DNA from: Acidobacteriota bacterium
GTDB taxonomy: Bacteria > Acidobacteriota > UBA6911 > RPQK01 > CBDBID01
DNA length: 64,000 nucleotides
Reading direction: 5' to 3'
Assembly (NCBI GenBank): GCA_965205565.1
Contig: CBDBID010000041.1
Location: 8,455-72,454, forward strand
Made by a program: the position numbers and the translations under genes. The notes under the pieces were generated by a model, which worked only from the letters and a program-made list of their open reading frames with translations, was not told the origin of the DNA and did no database searches. Shown here piece by piece: positions 30,843 to 40,986 of the stretch (position 1 is its first letter; every line of letters starts with the position of its first letter).

Positions 30843-33245
30843 CTATTCCTCTCCTCCTTTTAGATTTCGCTCCGTCCCCGCAGGGGAAATGATGTCCTCA
30901 ACCAGGATCCCTCGGGAGGCCCGTTCCGCCTGTGGCTGACTGGTTGGGGTGGACTCTTGCACGGTTGCGAGAACGGCCGGCGGCGGCTCGGTTTCGGGGC
31001 GTCTTTGAACCAGCCGGGGATCGACCCTTCTGTTGGGCTCGATGGCGGGTGCATCGGTCCGCTCAAACTCTTCCACCGGAGTGTCCTGGAGAGTCTCCTT
31101 CATAAATTCGATCCAGATGGGAAGCGCCAGAGTGGAGCCATAAACTCGCTCACCGAGCGACTTTTTCTCGTCGAATCCCGCCCAGACGCCAGCCGTCAGC
31201 CGAGGTGTGAAGCCGACAAACCAGCTGTCGGTGGACTCATTCGTGGTACCCGTCTTGCCACCAATGGGCCGTTTCAGCTTGCGGGCCTGCCCTGCAGTTC
31301 CCATCCGTACGACACTCTGCATCATCTCCACCATTTGGTGGGCCACTTGAGGCGACAGGACCTCATCGATGTTCTGGCGGTGCTCCTCCAGATTGGCTCC
31401 GTGATAATTTTCCACTCGCTGGATGAAGTAGGGGTGAACCCGCACACCCTGATTGGGAAAGGTGGAGAACGCCGACGTGATTTCCTGCAAGGTGACCTCT
31501 CCGGCACCGATGGCTATGGGCAAGAAGGGGGGGAAGTCTCTCTCGATTCCGAAGCGGTGCACCACGTCGATCACCCGCTCGATACCTAAGGCATTGGCCA
31601 GACGGAGCGTGGGGACGTTTCTGGACTTGGCCAAGGCCTGGCGCACAGTAATCAAGCCGTCAAACTCCTCATCCACATTAGTGGGTTCGTAGACCCGGCC
31701 GAGTCCGTCTAGGAAGGTCACGGGGGCATCCAGAACTTCGTCCGAGGGTGCGTATCCGTTTTCCAGAGCGGCCACGTAGGTGAACGGTTTGAAGATCGAT
31801 CCGGGTTGGCGCAGGGCTTGTGTGGCTCTGTTGAACTGGCTGTACTCGAAGTCGAATCCACCGACCATGGCCTTGATGGCCCCAGTCTTGTTTTCGATCG
31901 CAAGAAGGGCCCCCTGAACCTGAGGAATGCGGTCCAGAATGGCTTCGATGCTCTTGTCGACCGCATCGATCTTACGGATCGTGAAGATCGCCACGTCTCC
32001 GGGGCGAAGGGCCTTGTGTACCCGTTTGATCCCGGTCCACTCCACGTCTTCCGCTTCGATCACGACTCGATAACTGCCGATCTTAACCTTGGCCTGATCT
32101 TGGTTCGATTCCAGGACCAGGCCGTACACGAGCTGTCCCGCGTAAAAGATCTGGCGCCAGCTCGGATGGTGGTAGCTCTCGAGGTCTTGACCCAGATCGA
32201 GGATGTTTTCCTCGATCTTCCGCCAGCGCCGCATCTGCTTGTCAAAGGCCTTTAAACCTTCCCGGAGAGCCTTTTGTGCTGCCATCTGGATGTCGTAATC
32301 CACGGTGGTATAAACCTTGAGACCTTCCTTCCAGATCTGATCGGTCGTGTAGTTCCGCTCGAGATAACGCCGAACCCATTCCACAAAGTAGGGAGCGGGA
32401 CTCCGGTTGCGGGATTTTCGACGGATCTCCAGTGGAGCTTGCAGTTGGCTCTCCAGGGTGGGGCGGTCGATGTAGTCCTCCTGGTGCAGTCGTCGCAAAA
32501 CGTAGTTCCGCCGGTTCAGAGCGCGCTCCGGGTGGCGCAGGGGAGAGTAGTTTTCCGGGGACTGGATCAAGCCGGCCAGGGTGGCACTTTCGTTCAAGGT
32601 CAGATCCGGGAGGGCCCGCCCGAAGTAAAAGTCGGCCGCGGCGGCGATTCCATAAGTGCCATGACCGAGGTAGATCTGATTACAGTAAAAGGCGAGGATT
32701 TGCTCTTTCGAGTAGTTCTTTTCGATTTCGATGGCGAAGAGCATGTCCTTGATCTTGCGCTCAATCGACTTCTCCGAACTGGTGAACCTGAGCTTGCTCA
32801 GCTGCATGGTGAGGGTGGAGGCCCCCTTCTTTTCCCAGCGCAGAATGTCGTTGACGATGGTGCTCAGGAGGCGCCAGAAGTCGATTCCGGCATGACCGAA
32901 GAAGTTGGCGTCCTCAGCCGACAGAATGGACTGTTTGACGACCTCCGGGATGTTCTGGTAGGAGACCAGCATTCTTTTTTCCAGGGCGAATTGTCCCAGT
33001 ACCCGGCCGTCGTCGGCATGGACGTAGGACACAACACTGGGGCGGATTTTCTGGAGTTCCTGAACCTGGGGAAGGTCGATGGCGTAGCCGAGCAACAGGC
33101 CGACCAGGCTGAAGAAGACAGCCACCGCCAGCGAGAGCAGACCGTAGCTGATCCAGAACCAGTACCGACTCACCTTCCGCTTCAAGGTTCTTCGGCGCGA
33201 GCGGCTTCGCCCGGAAGAGCGCAATGCAGGCGTCATTGTTGGCAT
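30843..33245 (-). CDS. Class A penicillin-binding protein (PBP1A-type transglycosylase/transpeptidase)
   Basis: GT51 motifs EDANFFGHAGID and GASTLTMQL. Transpeptidase motifs SxxK-like and KTGT. The ATG at 33245 gives an N-terminal TM anchor. Confidence 0.9.
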   Translation of the reverse strand: MPTMTPALRSSGRSRSRRRTLKRKVSRYWFWISYGLLSLAVAVFFSLVGLLLGYAIDLPQVQELQKIRPSVVSYVHADDGRVLGQFALEKRMLVSYQNIPEVVKQSILSAEDANFFGHAGIDFWRLLSTIVNDILRWEKKGASTLTMQLSKLRFTSSEKSIERKIKDMLFAIEIEKNYSKEQILAFYCNQIYLGHGTYGIAAAADFYFGRALPDLTLNESATLAGLIQSPENYSPLRHPERALNRRNYVLRRLHQEDYIDRPTLESQLQAPLEIRRKSRNRSPAPYFVEWVRRYLERNYTTDQIWKEGLKVYTTVDYDIQMAAQKALREGLKAFDKQMRRWRKIEENILDLGQDLESYHHPSWRQIFYAGQLVYGLVLESNQDQAKVKIGSYRVVIEAEDVEWTGIKRVHKALRPGDVAIFTIRKIDAVDKSIEAILDRIPQVQGALLAIENKTGAIKAMVGGFDFEYSQFNRATQALRQPGSIFKPFTYVAALENGYAPSDEVLDAPVTFLDGLGRVYEPTNVDEEFDGLITVRQALAKSRNVPTLRLANALGIERVIDVVHRFGIERDFPPFLPIAIGAGEVTLQEITSAFSTFPNQGVRVHPYFIQRVENYHGANLEEHRQNIDEVLSPQVAHQMVEMMQSVVRMGTAGQARKLKRPIGGKTGTTNESTDSWFVGFTPRLTAGVWAGFDEKKSLGERVYGSTLALPIWIEFMKETLQDTPVEEFERTDAPAIEPNRRVDPRLVQRRPETEPPPAVLATVQESTPTSQPQAERASRGILVEDIISPAGTERNLKGGEE

Positions 33246-33434
33246 TTTACACCAACGTCTGGACGGGTTCAGCGCGAAACCGGCATGGAGCTGTTGTTTC
33301 CAGTCGAGGAAGTCTTCGGTGAGCTTTCTCAGCTTCTCCCAGTTGTGGCTGTGAGTCGCTTGACCAACTTGGAATGGAGGCCGCTCTCCGCCACAATCGG
33401 CCCCGAAATCAACCCGCATGAGGGAGGGAAGTCA

Positions 33435-33964
33435 ATGAAGCGTCCCGTCAGGTGTTATTGGCTGGTCACGATCACTGTCTTGGGAGTTTTGGGGCTCGGC
33501 TGCAGCCAATAGGCGAGCGAACAACTCGCCGAGAAGGCGCTGGAGAAGGGTCTTGGTTTGCAGGGCAATGCCAAGGTAGACATCGAGGGTGGAAACCTTG
33601 CCATGACCATGGAGGGAGAGGAGGGGCAGAGACGAGATTCTCCTACGGGGAGAATCTCGGTGTTCCGGCGGGCTTTCCCGAAGATGTACCAGTCTATCCG
33701 GGCATCGAAGTGATGATGGCCAGAGAAGGTCAGAACAATACCTTCCACATTCAGGCCAAGAGCGAAGATTCCCTCGCAACGATCGACAACTTTTACCGCC
33801 AGAAACTGGAAGAGGCCGGCTGGGAAAAGGTCACGGTGTCCTCTACCGGCCAGGTCATGCGAACCCTGCACTACCGGAAGGAAAAACGGCACACTCACGT
33901 CAACCTGGTGGACAGTGAAGACGGTAGTGTGATGGTTTCTCTCAGCACCCGAGAAGAAGGGTGA
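33435..33964 (+). CDS. Small lipoprotein (lipobox LGLGC), with two apparent frameshifts; divergent from the PBP1A gene
   Basis: GGGAGGGA RBS, then MKRPVRCYWLVTITVLGVLGLGCSQ. The rest of the protein lies in two other frames. Confidence 0.55.
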
Positions 33965-35495
33965 TCGGAATGACCTGCCTGGACGGCTCGCGGCTGGGCT
34001 TCTTACCTGGAGAGGGCGCCGGGAGGGGCGATAACCGCCGTCGAAGGAAATCCAGCACGCTCGTGACCAGCCGATCGCGACTGGAGGGCCTGGTTCCGAG
34101 TCGGAAAGGCCGGGCCTGAAAGCCGGCGGCCACCGACCCCGCCGCGACCCAGACCCGCCTTTCCGGATGATGCTCCAGCGCGGAAACGGTCAAGGACCAA
34201 GCGGTCTCCCCGGAAAGTGCGCAGGCGGCTCGGGCCAAGTTAAGAGCGGATTCTTTACCCACGGATCTCTCCGGCGGGGATGGCGCCTGATTTCCCATCA
34301 TCCGGATCACCGAGCGATGGTCCGTCCCCACGAATCCTCGCGAAAAGGCGCGTTCCGACCTGGAAACGGCGGTCAGTGCCGCGGTCACTGCGCCGCCCGT
34401 CTCGATTTCCGCCACGATCAGTTTCAATCGCCGCTCTTGCAGGAGCCATAGGACCTTGTCTTCCAGGGAAGAGTCATCGTCCGAGTACAGGTAATCGCCC
34501 ACGTGAGCCGCAAGGTCACGCTTCACCTTGGCCAGGCGGGCGGAATCATCACCGGTGTTCCCAGGCAGGGAAAAGGTCAGATCCACTCGATTCAGGTCGA
34601 AGAGTGAGGTCAGGATCACGTCCTCCGGCAGGGTGACTCGATCCCGGATGATTTGGCTGAGCGTGGATTCTCCAATTCCGGCGAAGCGGAGCCGGATAGA
34701 GTTGCCGATGGAACGAAGTCCGAAGCGCTGTCTCAGATAGGGAATCAGGTGACCGTTGACCATGGGGCGCAGTTCCCGAGGCGGTCCAGGCAGCGCAACC
34801 GTGACTCGCTCTCCGTCGTCGAACACCAGCCCTACGGCGGTTCCATTCGGGTTGGGCAAGTAGGTCCCTCGCTCGGGAACGCGGGCCAGGGGTCGCATGT
34901 TCTCGCGTACCGTCCTGCCCGCTCCTCCGGCCAGCCGATCTCGCAGGGCCGGGTGCTCCCGCAGAGGAATGCCCGTGTGGTCCGAAATCTGGACTCGCGT
35001 GATGTCATCGTCGGTCGGGCCCAGGCCTCCGGTGACGATGGTCAGAGCGGCATGACCTTTGGCAAACTCCAGAGCGTCGCCCAGATCCCGGGCATGATCT
35101 CCTACGCTCATGGATCCCACACAGCGGCCTTCCAGGGGCGCCAGTGTTCGGGTCAGAAAATGGGTATGCTGGTCGGCATAAGTGCCATTGAGCAGCTCAC
35201 TTCCGGTGACGATGATCATATAGTGGACGGGTTCCCGGTCAGGGACCTTCGAGTCCTGAGGCTCGGACATTGCGGCCGCCGCTACGAACGCAAGGACCGA
35301 CAGTCTCAGCAGCGAAACCATTGACCGTCTCATTGCCGACCAGCCCACCAGAAAACACCAGAAAAGGAGTCCCAGTATAGCAGGTTTCATGCCTCTCTCC
35401 TCAGGATCCAGATAGCCACCATGGATGCGGAAACGTGAGCGACTCAATCTACCACTCGGAGGGGGCGTCGTCCGCCAACGGGTCGGTCGGGGCAT
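33942..35495 (-). CDS. cinA: CinA-family protein (MoCF-like domain plus CinA C-terminal domain) with a hydrophobic N-terminal extension
   Basis: TIVTGGLGPTDDDIT and LPGPPRE in the N-terminal domain. The C-terminal domain reads LKLIVAEIETGGAVTAALTAV. Confidence 0.75.
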   Translation of the reverse strand: MPRPTRWRTTPPPSGRLSRSRFRIHGGYLDPEERGMKPAILGLLFWCFLVGWSAMRRSMVSLLRLSVLAFVAAAAMSEPQDSKVPDREPVHYMIIVTGSELLNGTYADQHTHFLTRTLAPLEGRCVGSMSVGDHARDLGDALEFAKGHAALTIVTGGLGPTDDDITRVQISDHTGIPLREHPALRDRLAGGAGRTVRENMRPLARVPERGTYLPNPNGTAVGLVFDDGERVTVALPGPPRELRPMVNGHLIPYLRQRFGLRSIGNSIRLRFAGIGESTLSQIIRDRVTLPEDVILTSLFDLNRVDLTFSLPGNTGDDSARLAKVKRDLAAHVGDYLYSDDDSSLEDKVLWLLQERRLKLIVAEIETGGAVTAALTAVSRSERAFSRGFVGTDHRSVIRMMGNQAPSPPERSVGKESALNLARAACALSGETAWSLTVSALEHHPERRVWVAAGSVAAGFQARPFRLGTRPSSRDRLVTSVLDFLRRRLSPLPAPSPGKKPSREPSRQVIPITLLLGC

Positions 35496-35560
35496 CCTCA
35501 GACGTACCCAAAACCGTTCGCCCAGGCGCAGGTAAGGTTTGCAAGGGAGGGGAGAGAGGA

Positions 35561-35604
35561 GGGGACCCCGTCCCAGCTACGCCAGGGGCTGGGACGGGGT
35601 CCCC
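35561..35604 (-). terminator. Perfect 17-bp GC-rich hairpin downstream of the LTXXQ gene
   Basis: GGGGACCCCGTCCCAGC-[10 nt]-GCTGGGACGGGGTCCCC. There is no clean U-tract. Confidence 0.45.
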
Positions 35605-35616
35605 CTGAGAGCGGGA

Positions 35617-36207
35617 CTATTCTCCGGGAGAGTCGGGGAACTTGCCTGGTCTGCCCCCTCGGGGACGGGGTGCGTGGCTGCCTCCGGGGCGCGCCGAACT
35701 GTTCAATAGGCGGATCAGTCCATGGGATCCGATTCGCTGCAGGAGAGAACCGATCTGGCCGGCGTCGAGTACCTCCAGAACACCGATCTTGAATTCAGCG
35801 GCCAGCTCCAGTTTGGTGGTGGTGATGTGCGCGGCCTGCTCTCCAATGACCGCCGCCTGCTGCTGGGCACCGGCGAAGTCGCCTGCCAATACGGCGTGTT
35901 GATAGGCCCGCTGCGCATCATGCAGCACGCCATTCTCGACTCCATCGGGTCGATTTTCCCGAAGTGCCTGGATTAGCGCTAGGATTTGCTGCTCCTGGGA
36001 CTCGGTCAAGGGAGGGGCATCCGCATTCCTAAGGGCGCGTTTCAAGGTGCCCAGTGGGTCACGATTCCTGGGTCCGTCCGGGTCTCCCAACTGGGGTCTG
36101 GGACCGCCTCTTTGGGATCCGGGTGGGGGCCCTACCTGTGCCCAAAGAGACATCGAACCGACGAAGAGCATCACCCAGATTTGCAAAACAAGGACAGAAC
36201 ACCTCAT
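35617..36207 (-). CDS. Periplasmic LTXXQ-motif (CpxP/Spy/ZraP-like) protein
   Basis: GGAGG RBS, then MRCSVLVLQIWVMLFVGSMSLWA as signal peptide. PLTESQEQQIL fits the LTXXQ motif. The rest is helical. Confidence 0.6.
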   Translation of the reverse strand: MRCSVLVLQIWVMLFVGSMSLWAQVGPPPGSQRGGPRPQLGDPDGPRNRDPLGTLKRALRNADAPPLTESQEQQILALIQALRENRPDGVENGVLHDAQRAYQHAVLAGDFAGAQQQAAVIGEQAAHITTTKLELAAEFKIGVLEVLDAGQIGSLLQRIGSHGLIRLLNSSARPGGSHAPRPRGGRPGKFPDSPGE

Positions 36208-36385
36208 TATTGCCTCCTTCCGGTTGCTTGCGGGAAACGGCATGGTCCGCAACCGTTTTGACCAAGCTGGCGGAATGGCCGCCCCGGCCCTTCCCACCTG
36301 GCGTCCCTCGCGAGCCCGAGCCGCTGGGGTGCGAAACCACCATTATTAAGTTGAGATGATATCGGGGCGAGATTTTCTGTCAATT

Positions 36386-37108
36386 TTATGTAAGCTTATC
36401 GCGGGGAGGGGAGGGCACCGACTGTGCGAACCGGTAACCGAATCCGCGTACGGTCAGGAAATGGCACGGACTCTTGGGGTGTTGCTCCAATTTCTGTCGC
36501 AGCATTCCCACGTGCACATCCACCGTGCGGGTAAAGACGGAAGCCTCGTAGCCCCACACCTCGCGAAGCAGCCTGTGTCGCGATAGGGTGACTTCTGAAT
36601 TCAGGATGAAATAGCGGAGCAACTCGAATTCCAGAGCGGTCATCGATACCGGGATCCCGTTCCGCCTCACCTGGGTGGCGCGGAAGTCGACCTGTACCGG
36701 CCCAAAGCAGAAGGGCAAGGCTTTCGGGCGCACGGCCAAGGACGCGCTTCTCCTTAGCAGAGCTTCCACCCGGGCCAGCAGTTCCGCCGTTTCAAAGGGT
36801 TTCCCCAAATAGTCGTCGGCCCCTGTTTTCAGTCCCCTGACCCGATCCTCTACTGCTCCGCGCGCCGTCAACATCAAAACCGGTGTCGGGTCCCCCTGAC
36901 CGCGCAGATGAGGGCAGATTTCGAAGCCGTTCTTGCCCGGCAGCATGACGTCGAGAAGGATGAGATCGAACTGATCCCGCTCGACACACCGCAGACCCTC
37001 CTCTCCATCTCTACAAGAGCAGACCCGATAGCCTTCTGCGGCCAGTAGGTCCGTGAGAGTGAGAATCAAACCCGCCTCATCTTCCACCAGCAGGACTCTC
37101 TTGGACAT
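36386..37108 (-). CDS. OmpR-family response regulator
   Basis: REC domain (LLVEDE...DLILLDVMLPG...TARG) and a winged-helix C-terminus. Confidence 0.9.
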   Translation of the reverse strand: MSKRVLLVEDEAGLILTLTDLLAAEGYRVCSCRDGEEGLRCVERDQFDLILLDVMLPGKNGFEICPHLRGQGDPTPVLMLTARGAVEDRVRGLKTGADDYLGKPFETAELLARVEALLRRSASLAVRPKALPFCFGPVQVDFRATQVRRNGIPVSMTALEFELLRYFILNSEVTLSRHRLLREVWGYEASVFTRTVDVHVGMLRQKLEQHPKSPCHFLTVRGFGYRFAQSVPSPPRDKLT

Positions 37109-37119
37109 CACTAGGCACC

Positions 37120-37923
37120 TCACACTCCCGTGGCACCAGTGGAGACGGCAGGAACGTGGAGGGTGAAGGAGGCTCCTTTGCCGACTTCCGACTTTACGGT
37201 GACACGGCCACCGTGCAGCTTCAGGTGTCGCTGCACCAGACTCAGTCCCAGTCCGCTTCCGGAAGTGGAAGAGGCCAGGTATCTGCCACCTCGGTAAAAG
37301 GGTTCAAAAATTCGCTCCAGTTCCTCGCGTCGAATTCCGGGACCGCGATCCCGTATGGAGATTTCCACTTCCTCTTTGGAACCTCGTCGATGGGCGCGCA
37401 CAGCGATGCCGATCCATCGTCCGCTGGCGGCATATTTCAAGGCGTTGTCGAACAGGTTCCTCAGTGCCACACTCAGGGATTTGAAGTTGGCCCACAGCGC
37501 GGGCATCCTCGGTTCGATCTCCTTCTCAACCACCCACCCTCCGTCGCGGAACCGTTCTTCGAACTCCGCCAGAATCTGCTCGACCAGCTCGACCGGATCT
37601 ACGGGTTCCCGGTCTGGCGGTGGATGTCCCACTTCCAGCCCCGAGAACTCCAGAATCTGGTCCACCAGGTCCGCCAGTCTGCGGCTTTCCTTCTGTATAG
37701 TGGCTCCGTAGATCTCAAGCCGGTCCGATCGACAGACCAGCCCTCGTGACAGATTGGCTCCGGCGGAATCGATGACGGCCAGGGGAGTCCGTAGTTCATG
37801 GGTGATTCCAGCCACGAATTCAATCCGTTGGTGAGCCAGCCGGGCCGCCCGCTGACCGGCGACGACGACAACAAATGCGCTCGTGCCGATGAGAAGGAGG
37901 ATGGTGAAGCCAAGTACTACTTC
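37120..37923 (-). pseudogene. Sensor histidine kinase, C-terminal fragment (TM2, DHp and HATPase_c), separated from its sensor domain by an IS
   Basis: VVLGFTILLLIGTSAFVVVVA is a TM helix. It is followed by the H-box LAHQRIEFVAGITHELRTPL and the G1/G2 boxes (DRGPGI, GSGLGLS). A TAG at 37924-37926 lies upstream in frame. Its stop overlaps the RR start. Confidence 0.8.
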
Positions 37924-38164
37924 CTATCCGGAAATCGGCTTTTTAAGACGCTCGTAGTCGAGTCGACCCCAATCAACGGCTGGCAATCCGTTATGTGCAG
38001 TGGGCTGGGGACCTAAACGGACCACACAGAGTCGATTTTAGTCGATTTCAAGAGACACTTCGGCCCTTTGCCAGACGGATCGAGATGTCAGCCGCAGGAG
38101 CACCTCTACAATCGCAGGCGCGCCAGTACCAGCAGATTGTAGGAAAGGGTCGAGAGCTGCAGGT

Positions 38165-38263
38165 ACTTGTGTTGAGCTACCAGCGCCCAATAGGGACCCG
38201 CCAGCTGGGGGAAGAACGGTTCCATCCTGAGCTCCTGTGGTCCAAGCCCTCCGCGATTGTGCG
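38165..38263. repeat. ~95-bp direct repeat, copy 1, flanking the IS
   Basis: ACTTGTGTTGAGCTACCAGCGCCCAATAGGGACCCGCCAGCTGGGGGAAGAACGGTTCCATCCTGAGCTCCTGTGGTCC(aagcc)CTCCGCGATTGTGCG. It is identical to 39458-39551 except for the 5-nt indel. Confidence 0.9.
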
Positions 38264-39457
38264 TGCCGATCTAGCATCGTCTCCAGGTAAGTGCTATCGG
38301 ACGGGTTGCCCCGCACCGGCAGACAATCCAGGATCAGAGAGGATCTGCCACAGGATAGAAAAACTTTGTGCCCATAGACCGTTTCCCGGCCGCCTTTGCG
38401 AATCAGATCGGTGTGCTCCTCGAAAATGGAAACCACCTTGTGGCTGGCCGGGACCGATTCCCCCCGCAAAACACGACGCTCGGTCTGATCGATCACTCGA
38501 TGGGTCAGTTCCAGGTAGTGTTCGAGTAAGCTCCTCTCTCGCACAACACGGGGATGGCTGGAGTCTTCGCAGGCCCGCCAGGGCTGCCCGGGCGTAGCCT
38601 GCCATCTTGCGGGTGACTTTGAGCAGATCGCGATAAGGGCCAATGCGCAGGGTCTGACGGCGGGCATTGCTGATGGCCAGACAGCGGCGGCGAGCCCGCA
38701 AGCCATGATCCCGGTAAGGGAAGTCGACAAAACAAGAAAGTCGTCCCAGCCAACGGGCCAGCACCCGTACGCAATCAGAGAGCAGTTGATTATCGGTGGG
38801 GTGGTGAATCTCACTCTCCACCGGGGTGGTGTCGATTCTGACCTTCTCTCCCTTCTCCAAGCCTTGCTCACAGGCCCAGTCCACCAGCGCCGCGTTGATG
38901 GCCCGCCAGGTTGAGTGGCGGATGCGCGAGAGGTTCTCGGCCAGGGTGGAACGAGCCGGGGTCCAGCCCAAAGGCAGCCGGCAGAAGGCCCGCAAGCTCA
39001 CAGAATCGGCCAGGTGAAAGGCCAAGCGGTCATAGGAGAACTGATGCATCTGTTTGATCACACCACAGCGCAACACCTGCTCCCCGCTCATTCCCGGAGC
39101 CCCTTTTGTCGAGTCTGCCTCACTGAGATCTTGCCAGACCCGTTCGTTCAGCTTAGAATTTTCATCGAGGATCTTGGAAATCTCCCGCAGTTCCTGTGCG
39201 TGCTGGTGATCGGGCCAGAGGGGAGTCAGCGGCAGCTGATTTTCACGACTTTGACGCATCTTTGACCTCCTGGCTTTGCCGTAAGTCTTGTTGTTTCAAT
39301 GTTTTGTGAACATTATTGTACCAAGACACCACGACAACAATGGAGGTCGAAGATGCGACCTAAGCCTTTTATTTACAACTATTTATCCTTTTCCGGATGA
39401 GAACAAGTACTAGATTCCGCTGTCTTCTGGCAGCTATTTCCTGTTGCAGCGAACCGG
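38264..39457 (-). mobile_element. IS4/IS5-superfamily (IS5-like) insertion sequence; its transposase ORF is frameshifted
   Basis: The transposase starts at complement 39259 as MRQSRENQLPL and contains the DDE block RIDTTPVESEIHHPTDNQLL. The rest continues in another frame (HKVVSIFEEHTDLIRKGGRETVYGHKVFL, ORFs 38294-39259 and 38038-38871). A 188-nt 5' leader is present. Confidence 0.8.
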
Positions 39458-39551
39458 ACTTGTGTTGAGCTACCAGCGCCCAATAGGGACCCGCCAGCTG
39501 GGGGAAGAACGGTTCCATCCTGAGCTCCTGTGGTCCCTCCGCGATTGTGCG
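39458..39551. repeat. ~95-bp direct repeat, copy 2, flanking the IS; it encodes part of the kinase sensor domain
   Basis: Same sequence as 38165-38263. On the minus strand it reads EGPQELRMEPFFPQLAGPYWALVAQHK in frame with the sensor ORF. Confidence 0.9.
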
Positions 39552-40517
39552 GTTTGGATCCGGAACGGGCCTCATCGGTTGGGATGTCGACCGGTCCGGT
39601 CCGGTCAGCGGGAGGGTGAGCGGGAGATGGTGGTCGAGATGGGATAACTGCTCCAGATCCCAACCGGAATACGGGGGATAGAGGATTCGCTTTCCCGTCC
39701 CGAGGACGGCCACCCGATAGGGGGATGTCACCGGGTCTCCGAAATGGCGTTGTATCAGTCCTGGAATCAGTTCGTTGCGAATCCAGGCAAAATCGAGTTC
39801 GAGGTATACCCACCCCACGGGAAGGTTCGGCATCGGGTTTCTCCCTGCGGCTCGGGTGGCAGCCAGGGTGACGCGCTGGGGGGCTTCGCGATCAAGCCCC
39901 AGAGAGAAGCTGTTTCGAGATTCCCACAGCCGGCGCTGGGCTCTACCGGGTCGAGGCAATCTGCGAGTCGTCACGACGGGTAAAAAGCAGAAGACCTGGT
40001 TATGGGTAAACTCAAAGTGGGGGCGGATGGGAGGAGGAGGGAGAGGGGGAGGTGCGGCGGCTTGACGTTTGCGATGCAGAACCTCGCGAAGCCGTAGCAA
40101 CGGCCGTGGCCATACGGCCAGTTGGAAATTCATTTCCCCGAAGTCGAACTGGCGACAATGGCCCCCGTCGGGTTCCAAGGTGGCCAAGCCGACGGTTTTC
40201 ACCAGGCCAGGCATTGGCGTGGTTCCTTCGGAGTGCAGACTCACCTCGGCCAGATACAGTTCTATCTCTGCCGGAGTCATTCGCATCAGGGGGCGAAAGG
40301 ACACCACGACTTCACGGAGGTTTTGGGAGAAATCCCCGCGGAATCGCTCGCTGGTGGGCAGCAGAGCTTTCTTTTCCGTTTGGTAATCTCCCTCGCTGAG
40401 TTGATGGATGCCCTGGTAAAGTAAGACCGCGGCCAGCAGCAGTAAAAGAGCCAGAAGCGGCAGCAGTAGGGTGGATATACTATTGCGCAGAGTCAGGGCT
40501 GCCAAGCGTCGGCTCAC
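39458..40517 (-). pseudogene. Probable N-terminal sensor fragment (TM1 plus periplasmic domain) of the IS-split histidine kinase
   Basis: MSRRLAALTLRNSISTLLLPLLALLLLLAAVLLY is a TM helix. About 330 aa of non-repetitive extracytoplasmic sequence follow. The ORF reads through into the IS end. It has the same strand as the kinase core and lies immediately upstream of it. Confidence 0.55.
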
Positions 40518-40759
40518 ATGTCCTTAGACGCAGGCCAAGCCCACTTGGGTCAGTCGAATCCAGGATTGCCCCGGGGCAAGCTGGCGAGGTCATTTCGGGC
40601 CTGACAGTCTCACAATGACCATGCCGTACTCCCACCTCGCCCCTGTGCATCGTACCCGGGCAGTGAAAATCCTCGACTCGGCCTACCAAACTGGCACAAA
40701 AATTGACACGGTCGAAAAATCGTGACGATCCTGCCAGGCTGCAAAAATGAGGATGGATG

Positions 40760-40837
<78 letters not shown>

Positions 40838-40986
40838 GGCTGACGGGACGGGCCAGTATACGTGAAGCCCGGCGGGGAAGACAAGCCGAGCGAGGGCCGC
40901 AAAGTCCCGGATTCTCTAGGGCACGGCTGCTGGCAGGACACGGTAAATGGAGACGGCTTTCGTCTTCCCTTTCATCCTCTCTTCGC

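Noticed and set aside
32274-33512. 412-aa plus-strand ORF
   Set aside because: It is antisense to the PBP1A gene and has no domain signatures.
38165-39551. Interpreting the ~95-bp direct repeats as the target-site duplication of the IS
   Set aside because: IS4/IS5-superfamily elements generate 3-9 bp duplications. A ~95-bp duplication needs another explanation, such as a segmental duplication, an unrelated repeat or an assembly artefact.
40692-40708. TGGCAC-N5-TTGAC, a sigma54-like motif
   Set aside because: It is oriented to drive plus-strand transcription into the antisense of the tRNA with no downstream plus-strand gene. The -12 element is TTGA rather than TTGC.
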